NCBI GenBank assembly: GCA_965205025.1
Contig: CBDBFU010000032.1
Coordinates: forward strand, 202,571-266,570
Reading direction: 5' to 3'
DNA length: 64,000 nt
Source: Candidatus Poribacteria bacterium
Lineage (GTDB): Bacteria; Poribacteria; WGA-4E; WGA-3G
The notes below the pieces were generated by a model. That model was given only the letters and a program-made list of their open reading frames with translations, ran no database searches and was not told the origin of the DNA. Below, piece after piece: positions 55,543-64,000 of this stretch (position 1 is its first letter; every line of letters starts with the position of its first letter). The position numbers were made by a program, and so were the translations under genes.

Positions 55543-55745
55543 AAGTAATGACCGGTAAAGAGTTTTGCCGTTTATTAGAAAAACATAATTGGCAGTTAAA
55601 GCGAATTAAAGGTAGCCATCACATTTATGCCAAAGAAGGTACCCCGATGCGAATATCTGTACCTGTCCATGGAAATAAGGCACTAAAACGTGGATTGCAG
55701 AGACATTTTATGAAAATCAGTGGAATTGAAGAAAGAAATTTGTAG
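55539..55745 (+). CDS. hicA: HicA-family mRNA interferase toxin
   Basis: GKEFCRLLEKHNW, KGSHHIY and VPVHGNKALKRG. Confidence 0.88.
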   Translation: MKVMTGKEFCRLLEKHNWQLKRIKGSHHIYAKEGTPMRISVPVHGNKALKRGLQRHFMKISGIEERNL

Positions 55746-55853
55746 TTTATATTCTGGATAGTCTCTACCTAAAAAATAATAAGAAGTAAATACCAAAAGT
55801 TCGCTTATTGTAGAAAAGATATATATAACTCCGGACTCTACTTGATCTATGGT

Positions 55854-56085
55854 ATGAGAAGTTAAACTACAGAAATGCAATTTGCACTTTGTATTGAAAA
55901 CAGTGGTAGTGAAGATATTGAAAAACGGAAGTTCTATCAAGTACTACCTGACGAGAAGGCTTCACGAGAAGGATATTTGCGAGTTATAGATGAATCACAG
56001 GAAGATTACTTAGTATCCCGAATCTTATTTCATTTTTGTTGAACTACCTCGCAAAGTACAGGAAGCAATAGTAGCGATAAGCTAA
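55854..56085 (+). CDS. Small conserved hypothetical protein, frameshifted
   Basis: Read directly: FALCIEN...EKRKFYQVLPDEKASREGYLRVIDESQEDYL then YPESYFIFVELP in a shifted frame. Confidence 0.55.
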
Positions 56086-56162
56086 GTGTTATATGGGAAA
56101 CTGAAAGTACATGAAATTGATTGCCTACGTTTTCATGCATCGGGCAACAAAGGAGAAACATA

Positions 56163-56940
56163 ATGGCACGCACAGATCCAAAAGATACATCTATCCCTTA
56201 TGTTCCTACAGACGGTACGGTCTTTTACCCTGATACGGATGGAAAACCCATGGCAGTAAGCGATTATCATAGAAAATTACTAACGTGGACGTTGCAAGCG
56301 CTTGAAGCACATTTCGCACAAAACTCTGAGGTCTATGTCTCCGGCGACATCATGATGTATTACAAAGAGGGGGATCCCTGGACATCTATATCTCCGGATG
56401 TACTCGTCTGTTTTGGCATAAACCCAAAGCCGCGTCTGACGTATAAAACATGGGAGGAAGGAAAAGCACCCGATTTTGTGATGGAGTTCTCCAGTAAGAA
56501 CACCTATGATAAAGACTTAGATGAGAAAATGGATGTATACGCTTCACTGGAGATCCAAGATTACTTCTTATATGATGCAGAGGGATTGTATTTACCAACT
56601 CCTTTGATGGGATTTACATTAGTGGATGATGCCTATGTGGCAATTACCCCCGATGATGATGGAGGGATTCGATCATCCGTTTTGGGTTTGGATTTCCGTC
56701 TTCGCGATGGAGTAATAGCGATTTATGACCCCGTTGCGGGAACAAGTGGGTTCAGACACGCGCTGAAACTGCAGAAGCACGGGCAGAACAGGAGTCTGCA
56801 CGCGCAGAGACTGCAGAAGCACGCGCAGAGCAAGAAACCATACGTGCAGAACATTGCAGAGAGCACGTGCTAAAAACGCAAGAAGCTAGAAGTCGCTGCA
56901 ACTTCGTGAAGAACTCGAACGTGCTGAAAACAAGCAGTTA
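56163..56940 (+). CDS. Uma2-family (PD-(D/E)xK) endonuclease-like protein with coiled-coil tail; tail frameshifted and end approximate
   Basis: YPDTDGKPMA, ISPDVLV, PDFVMEFSS and DYFLYD; tail AETAEARAEQESARAETAEARAEQE from a 42-bp duplication. Confidence 0.85.
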
Positions 56941-57026
56941 ATGAAGGATATTTATCTGTAGTTATAGACTATCTTTACGTGACTGCTAATTGCTGACCAC
57001 TGATAGCCAATAAAAGGAAAACATAG

Positions 57027-57545
57027 ATGTCAGATGAAATAATCCAATTAGAAACACCATTTCAGTTTAACGAAGAAAACAAAAAACAATTTGATGAACT
57101 GATTGGACGGTATCCAATAAAAGAAGCAGCCATGCTTCCAACACTACATCTCGCACAGAAACAGGCAGGATATATCACTCCTGCTGTGATGCAACATGTA
57201 GCAGAATTGTTGGAGGTTACCGTGATGAAGGTAAAAGATGTAGTAACCTTCTATCCTATGTTTTTTGAGGAACCGGTAGGTGAATATGTCATCCGCGTCT
57301 GTCAAACACTTCCTTGTGCATTGCGAGACTGTAAAGTGGTATTAGATCATCTGAAAGAGAAGTTAGGTATTGATGTAGCATCAGAGACAAATCTTGCTAA
57401 AGGTACAACTGAGGATGGTAAATACACACTTATGAAAGTTGAGTGTCTTGCTTCTTGTGATGTTGCTCCTGTGATAATGATTAACGATGATTTACATAAG
57501 AATTTAACCCCCGAAAAAGTTGATGAAATTTTAAACAATTTGTAG
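57027..57545 (+). CDS. nuoE: NADH-quinone oxidoreductase subunit E
   Basis: CQTLPC...CLASC 2Fe-2S (N1a) ligands. Confidence 0.95.
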   Translation: MSDEIIQLETPFQFNEENKKQFDELIGRYPIKEAAMLPTLHLAQKQAGYITPAVMQHVAELLEVTVMKVKDVVTFYPMFFEEPVGEYVIRVCQTLPCALRDCKVVLDHLKEKLGIDVASETNLAKGTTEDGKYTLMKVECLASCDVAPVIMINDDLHKNLTPEKVDEILNNL

Positions 57546-57554
57546 AGGAAAAAA

Positions 57555-59035
57555 ATGGTTCAAGAAAAGCGGATTCTCTACGAGCATCTGGACGTACCAA
57601 ACATAAACACATTCGAAGTCTATCGACAACACGACGGTTATACTCGGTTTGAAAAGGCTTTGGCTGAATATCAACCTGAAGAAATCGCTCAAATGGTGTG
57701 GGACGCAGGTTTGAAAGGCAGAGGCGGTGCAGGTTTTTCTACCGGTGAAAAGTGGAGTTTTGTCCCAAGAGATATTGAACCACGTTACCTCTGTTGTAAT
57801 GCAGACGAAAGTGAACCAGGGACATTCAGCAACCGGTACGTCTTAGAGAAAAATCCGCATCTATTAATTGAAGGTATACTTAATCTGTTGCTTTGCAATG
57901 GGAATTGAAACCACCTATGTCTACATTCGCGGGGAATTTACACTCGGTAAAAAGATGTTAGATGCCGCTATTGAGGAAGCTAAAGAACCAGGGGTATATT
58001 GGTGAAAATATCCGAGATACAGGACTCAATGTCAATATCTATACACATCCTGGGGCGGGGGCATATATCTGTGGTGAAGAGACGGGTTTAATCGAATCAC
58101 TTGAGGGAAAGCGCGGACAACCCCGTAACAAACCCCCCTTCCCGGCTGTCCAAGGTGTATTCATGAAACCTACCGTGGTTCAGAATGTAGAGACTTTGTG
58201 CAATCTACCATTCATCGTAGGGAATGGGGTTGATTGGTACACAGAAATGGGACCAACCTATGGTGATGCAAGATTTGACCCACCAAAACCAGATCCAAAT
58301 ACCGGTACAAAACTCTACTGTATCAGTGGGGATGTTAACGAACCGGGTGTATATGAATTAGAACTCGGATTAACATGCTCAGAACTTATTGAAGTCGCTG
58401 GCGGTTTACGCGGTGAAGAGGTAAAAGCAGTTATTCCCGGGGGTAGTTCAGCACCTATCTTGACGTATTATGAATTAGATACACGTCTCGATTTTACATC
58501 TCTAACACTTGCCAAATCAATGTTAGGTTCGGGTGGTATCATTGTCATGAATGAAACTCGAAATATCGTTGATTGCCTTCTCAATATAATGAAGTTCTAT
58601 GCACATGAATCTTGTGGACAATGTACTCCTTGTCGATGGGGAACACCGTGGGTGCGTGATATTGTTCAGCGGATTGCAGATGGGGAAGGTAGACAAGAGA
58701 AAATCACAAGACCGAAATTTGGTATTGCAGAAGGTGGCAGATGGGGAGATACGGGTGAAACAGAGGAAATTTACGAAGATTTAGATCTGTTGGAAAGTGT
58801 CGCAAACAACATTGCAAATGTTGATACAATGACATGGAATACAATCTGTGTTTTCGGTATTGCTGTTTCGTGGCCAGCAGTCAGTTATATGCGGAAGTTT
58901 CGACCCGAATTCGAGGCTGCTATCCGTGAAGGTAAATTGGTTACGCTATCTGTAGAAGAAGCAACTGTCCCACCAGAGGAAAATTACGCATATCAACAAC
59001 GGATTATACCCAAAGAGATGTCTGAACTGGCATAG
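57555..59035 (+). CDS. nuoF: NADH-quinone oxidoreductase subunit F, 2 frameshifts (near 57880 and 57985)
   Basis: [35 protein letters not shown] and [10 protein letters not shown]...TIC. Confidence 0.93.
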
Positions 59036-59071
59036 AGACACAACGGAATTCTCAACACTTGGAGTAAAAAA

Positions 59072-60731
59072 ATGGCGCTTATAAAACTAAATGACCTTGA
59101 ATTAGAGGTTGAAGATGGAACGAATATAGTTGAGGCTGCTCGAGAAAATGGTATTGAAGTTCCTCACTATTGTTATCATCCAGGATTAACCCGTCCAGCC
59201 AACTGTAGGATGTGTCTCGTTGAACCTTATGGTCCCATACCAGGTGCTCCTCCAGGTACAATTGGTCCAGCACGTCAATTAGCAACGGGGTGTACATTGA
59301 CAGTCCGATCCGCACCACCGGAAAGAAAGTTGGAAGATAAATTCGATGCTATCGTACGTGACAGATAGTCCCCGGGTCATAAAGGGGCGAGAGGATATCC
59401 TTGAATTCCTCTTACTCGTCCACCATCCACTTGATTGTCCAGTCTGCGACCAAGCAGGGGAATGTGATCTACAAGATTTTAGCTATAGACATGGACACGA
59501 TAAAAGCCGTTATGTAGAAGTCAAAAACGTTCCACCTAAAAAAGACTTGGGTCCAGATGTTTTACTTTACTCCACCCGTTGTATCGTATGTACCCGTTGT
59601 ATCCGTTTCTGTCAAGAGGTGTCGGGCACTGGTGAACTCGGTCTGATAAACCGCGGTTCACATGATGAGATCGATATTCCAAGAAGTCACGAAGGTAATC
59701 CAATTCAAGTTCTTGACAATAAACTTGCAGGAAATGTAGTCGATATTTGTCCTGTTGGCGCATTGATTAGTAAGGACTTCTTATTCAAATCACGTCCATG
59801 GTTCATGGATAAAGAAAACAGTATCTGTACGGGATGCAGTGTTGGATGTAATATTACTGTTGAGTATAAAGAAGACGGTGTTTACAGGGTAAAACCGCGT
59901 TTCCATGAAGATATTAATCAGCATTGGATGTGTGATGATGGTCGGCTCGGTTACCATTATGTAAATAGAGAAGACCGACTCCAACTCCCCCTTAAAAAAG
60001 TTGATGGTGAACAAACGACAACACAATGGGCAGATGCACTCACTACCATAAAAGAGAAACTATCTGAAGTGGAAGCTGATGATATTGTTGTCATCGGATC
60101 AGCACAGGGAACGAATGAGGATAACTACGTTCTTCAACAGTTTGCACACGATGTGCTAAATACAACTCAATTAGGGCTATTTGGTCAACTACCGGGTGAA
60201 GAGCATAAATACCCTCAATTCACAATTGAATCTGACAAAAACCCAAATACTGCTGGTGCCCGAACAATTCTCGGTTCAGCCAATGGAAATGTCGTTTTAG
60301 AAAATGATGCACTCTGGGAAAAAGTATCAAACGCTAAAGTGGTATATCTCGTCAGTGGTATTCCCGATAGAAGTCTGCAAGATGCAGAAAAAGCTGCATT
60401 AGAAAATGTCGAATTCCTTATTGTTCAAGATATATTACCTTCAGAAGTTACACAATTAGCTGATATTGTCCTACCCGGAACAACTTTTGCCGAAAAAGAT
60501 GGTACGTTCACTAATTCTACTGGATGGGTACAACGAATTCGTAAGACTATTGATCCTCCTGGTGAAGCACAGTTAGACTGGCAAATTACGCAGCAGCTTG
60601 CTAAGCAACTCGGTGGAGAAATTGATTATAGTTTTGCTGGTGAAATTTCAATAGCAATTTCAGAACAGGTCGATGGATATGAAGAAGCAACACATCAGAA
60701 TATTGGTGACGCAGGAGTTAAGTTGGCATAG
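59072..60731 (+). CDS. nuoG: NADH-quinone oxidoreductase subunit G (short form), frameshift near 59345
   Basis: N1b CYH..CRMC..C, N5 HPLDCPVCDQAGEC, N4 CIVCTRC..CPVG and N7 CTGCSVGC..C. Confidence 0.92.
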
Positions 60732-60767
60732 AGGATAACTCTTGTATCGGTTGACTAAGGAGAATAA

Positions 60768-61943
60768 ATGAACCTTTTGATTGATATTGTTATACCCATT
60801 GTAAAGATGCTTATCATTGTACACATGTTAATTATTGGTGTAATGGTGATGATCTGGTCAGAACGACGGGTTAGTGGATGGATTCAAGACAGGTTGGGAC
60901 CAAATCGTGTCGGTCCACAAGGCTTACTCCAACCCATTGCAGACGGAATTAAGTTTCTATTTAAAGAAGACCTTATCCCGAACCATGTCGATAAACCACT
61001 CTATGTCCTTGCACCAGCGATGCTTTTAGTTCCTGCGATGATTACTGTCGCAGTCGTGCCATTTGGGAGTTCAATCGAACTATTTGGGGAGACAATCAAT
61101 CTTCAAATCGCAGATATCAATATCGGAGTTCTTTATATCTTAGCAATAACATCACTTGGTGTTTATGGAGTTGTAATCGGGGCATGGGCATCTAATAACA
61201 AATACTCCCTGTTAGGCGGTTTACGTTCATCGGCACAGATGATAAGTTATGAATTAACTCTTGGTTTGTCGATTATCGGTGTGTTGATGCTTTCTGAATC
61301 CTTGAGTTTACGAGATATCGCTATAGCACAAGGTGAGGGTGTTTGGAATTGCTTTGTCCATCTCCCAGCTTTTCTTGCGTTTACAACCGCCATGTATGCT
61401 GAAACGAATAGACTTCCATTCGATCTTGCAGAAGCTGAACAGGAACTCGTTGCAGGTTATCACACCGAATATAGCAGTATGAAATTCGCCATGTTCTTCA
61501 TGGCAGAATATATGAATATGATTGTTGGTTCTGCTGTAACAGTAACACTTTTCTTAGGTGGATGGCATTTCTTTGGATTGGAACAAATAGGTGGACCTGT
61601 ATGGAGTGGAATAATTTCCTTTGCAATCTTCTTTATCAAAACAGGTATTTTCTTGTTTGTGTTTATATGGGTAAGATGGACTTTACCAAGATTCCGTTAC
61701 GATCAACTGATGAATTTCGGTTGGAAATTCCTGTTACCAGTTGCTCTCACATCCATAGTTGTTACCGGAACATTGTGGATTGTAACAAATGGAAGTCAGC
61801 TTTGGATCGGTATCGGGAACGTTATCGCAGCATTCATTGTTATATCAATCGTGGCAGGTATATTTATGGTAGATAATAATAAGAGAGCTACGATAGATAA
61901 TACAGTTGGATCACCACTATCTGGTTTGGATGCAATAGAATAG
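60768..61943 (+). CDS. nuoH: NADH-quinone oxidoreductase subunit H (cluster 2)
   Basis: QDRLGPNRVGP, NRLPFDLAEAEQE and RWTLPRFRYDQLM. Confidence 0.96.
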   Translation: MNLLIDIVIPIVKMLIIVHMLIIGVMVMIWSERRVSGWIQDRLGPNRVGPQGLLQPIADGIKFLFKEDLIPNHVDKPLYVLAPAMLLVPAMITVAVVPFGSSIELFGETINLQIADINIGVLYILAITSLGVYGVVIGAWASNNKYSLLGGLRSSAQMISYELTLGLSIIGVLMLSESLSLRDIAIAQGEGVWNCFVHLPAFLAFTTAMYAETNRLPFDLAEAEQELVAGYHTEYSSMKFAMFFMAEYMNMIVGSAVTVTLFLGGWHFFGLEQIGGPVWSGIISFAIFFIKTGIFLFVFIWVRWTLPRFRYDQLMNFGWKFLLPVALTSIVVTGTLWIVTNGSQLWIGIGNVIAAFIVISIVAGIFMVDNNKRATIDNTVGSPLSGLDAIE

Positions 61944-61950
61944 GAGAGTA

Positions 61951-62484
61951 ATGATGACCGCAGAACATATACTATTTTTCATTTTTGGCGGAGTGTCTCT
62001 AATAGGGGCAATTTCTGTAATTTCATTCCGACATCCTATCTATAGTGCTCTTGCTTTAATCGTTACATTTTTTGCACAAGCAGGTTTGTTTGTCCTATTA
62101 GGTGCACACTTCGTTGCTGCTGTTCAGGTAATTGTTTATGCTGGGGCAATCATGGTGTTGTTCCTATTTGTCATAATGCTTTTGAATCTGGGTACACTCT
62201 CTTTGAAGGGTGCGTTATCTGGTAAACTAAAAGGTTTTGCAATTATATTAGGTATTCTCTTAGCCATTGAAGGTATATACATTGCACTTAAGATTCGCGA
62301 TAATCAAAATACCGCTGTCGCCTCAAGTGAAGTTGCTGCGGATACCTCCTACTCAATTAGCGAGATAGGTGAGACGTTATTTAAAGATTATTTACTACCT
62401 TTTGAAGTTACATCACTCATCTTGTTAGCAGCCTTAATCGGTGTTATTGTTTTAGTAAAACGCGAGAATCAACCTGAAAACTAA
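61951..62484 (+). CDS. nuoJ: NADH-quinone oxidoreductase subunit J (cluster 2)
   Basis: QVIVYAGAIMVLFLFVIMLL and LPFEVTS. Confidence 0.95.
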   Translation: MMTAEHILFFIFGGVSLIGAISVISFRHPIYSALALIVTFFAQAGLFVLLGAHFVAAVQVIVYAGAIMVLFLFVIMLLNLGTLSLKGALSGKLKGFAIILGILLAIEGIYIALKIRDNQNTAVASSEVAADTSYSISEIGETLFKDYLLPFEVTSLILLAALIGVIVLVKRENQPEN

Positions 62485-62528
62485 TATAATTCTGGAGTCA
62501 TATCTACAATATATGTAGAGTATAGGTT

Positions 62529-62833
62529 ATGTTGTCAATAGAATACTATCTCATTTTAAGTGCTCTCCTCTTTACAATAGGTGTCATCGGAGTTTTAATC
62601 CGTAGAAACGCTATAATCATCTTTATGTGTATTGAAAACTAATGCTAAATGCAGCAAATCTTGCCTTTGTAGCAATTAGCCGCAATCTCGGAGAAGTCGA
62701 AGGACAATTATTCGTATTTTTCGTTATGGCAGTTGCTGCCGCAGAAGTGGCAATCGGGTTAGCAATAATAGTTAGTGTCTTTAAACATCGTGAAACGATA
62801 AATGTTGATGAGGTTAATTCGCTGAAAGGATAG
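62529..62833 (+). CDS. nuoK: NADH-quinone oxidoreductase subunit K (cluster 2), frameshift near 62637
   Basis: [12 protein letters not shown], then LMLNAANL...[11 protein letters not shown] in the shifted frame (extra A in gaaaact). Confidence 0.92.
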
Positions 62834-62926
62834 GTACATTGGTTTCAGGAATCGGTTAATAATGAGGTGATTCAACTTCCTCTGACTGACCAATTACTGA
62901 AAATCAGACCAACTGAAGGATATAAA

Positions 62927-64000
62927 ATGTCTCTGAATCTGATTGTTATTCTGTTAATTTCTCCATTTGTAGGATTCCTCATTAATGGTTTGTTCGGCAA
63001 ATGGCTAAAGGGAAATGAAAAACTCAGCGGATGGATCGGTGCACTTGCAGTACTCGTCTCCTTAATCTGTTCGATAATGGCATTCATTAGTGTAAACGCT
63101 GGAAATACACTTGAAGGAGATGCTGGAATTCTCTACACTTGGATTTCAGGTGAAGCCTTTACTTTCAACATCGGTTTCCAAGTTGATGCATTAACAACAA
63201 TAATGTTGTTAGTCATCACAGGTGTTGGATTCCTTATTCATGTATATTCCATTGGATATATGCATGGAGATGAAGGATACACACGTTATTTTGCATATCT
63301 AAACCTGTTTGTTTTCGCTATGCTTATCCTCGTACTCGGCAATAACTATCTATTGATGTTTGTCGGATGGGAAGGTGTAGGTCTCTGCTCATATCTTCTA
63401 ATTGGGTTTTGGTATGAAAAGCAATCTGCGACCGATGCTGGAAAGAAAGCATTTATTGTCAACAGAATCGGCGATTTCGGCTTCCTTCTGGGTATGTTCA
63501 CACTATTTGCAGTTTTTGGTAGCCTTGACTTCACTACAATCTTCAGTGAAGCCGAAGCAAACAGTGCTGAGCAGGTATTTGGTGTAAATGCGATAGTGTT
63601 GGCTACCTTACTGCTTTTCGTCGGTGCAATTGGTAAATCGGCGCAAATTCCTCTCTATGTCTGGCTGCCTGACGCAATGGAAGGTCCAACCCCCGTCAGT
63701 GCCTTAATACATGCTGCAACTATGGTTACTGCAGGCGTCTATATGATCGCACGGTCAGCCAAGTTATATGATATCGCACACACTGGAATGGTTGTCGCAT
63801 GGATTGGTGTCTTAACAGCATTCTTTGCTGCAACAATTGCACTCAAACAGAATGATATTAAAAGGATTCTTGCATATTCCACAGTCAGCCAACTCGGTTA
63901 TATGTTTGTTGGTGTTGGTGTTGGAGCGTATGCTTCAGGTATTTTTCATTTGGTTACCCATGCATTCTTTAAGGGACTCATGTTCCTTACCGCAGGTAGT
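62927..64000 (+). CDS. nuoL: NADH-quinone oxidoreductase subunit L (cluster 2), runs off the window end
   Basis: Read directly: HVYSIGYMHGD, GWEGVGLCSYLLIGFW and GKSAQIPLYVWLPDAMEGPTPVSALIHAATMV. Confidence 0.95.
   Translation, partial: MSLNLIVILLISPFVGFLINGLFGKWLKGNEKLSGWIGALAVLVSLICSIMAFISVNAGNTLEGDAGILYTWISGEAFTFNIGFQVDALTTIMLLVITGVGFLIHVYSIGYMHGDEGYTRYFAYLNLFVFAMLILVLGNNYLLMFVGWEGVGLCSYLLIGFWYEKQSATDAGKKAFIVNRIGDFGFLLGMFTLFAVFGSLDFTTIFSEAEANSAEQVFGVNAIVLATLLLFVGAIGKSAQIPLYVWLPDAMEGPTPVSALIHAATMVTAGVYMIARSAKLYDIAHTGMVVAWIGVLTAFFAATIALKQNDIKRILAYSTVSQLGYMFVGVGVGAYASGIFHLVTHAFFKGLMFLTAGS

Noticed and set aside
46279-62833. Programmed ribosomal frameshifting or phase variation in trkH, pdxH and nuo genes
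   Set aside because: Break sites share no slippery heptamer or long simple repeat, are very numerous and cluster regionally; sequencing error is more parsimonious
338-63587. Numerous short antisense or out-of-frame ORFs in the track
   Set aside because: They overlap well-supported genes, lack motifs, and are expected shadow ORFs
1-64000. CRISPR array, cas genes, prophage, rRNA
   Set aside because: No regularly spaced repeat-spacer array, cas-like or phage structural ORFs, or rRNA-like sequence seen; periodic signals are explained by WD40, TPR and coiled-coil coding repeats
11434-64000. Two nuo clusters as an assembly duplication
   Set aside because: Paralogous subunits differ extensively in sequence, length and gene content

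Overview
This is AT-rich bacterial chromosomal DNA. The gene content (secreted WD40 proteins with an LPxxAxARxGKG start, two PhyH-type dioxygenases, a trypsin-TPR protein, a Uma2 nuclease, a sulfotransferase) suggests Candidatus Poribacteria or a relative; this is an inference. The window holds two non-identical complex I (nuo) clusters about 26 kb apart. Cluster 1 (11.4-22.6 kb) is a compact 11-subunit nuoABCDHIJKLMN set without nuoEFG, and its NuoI carries a large insertion between the two Fe-S motifs. Cluster 2 (48.7 kb to the window end) has nuoABC, D, EFG, H, J, K and L but no nuoI between H and J. It is interrupted by co-oriented accessory genes (Cu/Zn SOD, WD40, VOC, hicBA, Uma2). Also present are tRNA-Gln(CTG), rpsO-pnp, an LptE-like lipoprotein, gcvT-[trypsin-TPR]-gcvH-gcvP, trkA-trkH, pdxH, a CADD-like diiron protein, several catabolic enzymes, a truncated IS630 transposase and small palindromic repeats. 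From about 46.6 kb onward many genes carry single-base indels, most likely long-read consensus errors. No CRISPR array, rRNA or prophage was seen.
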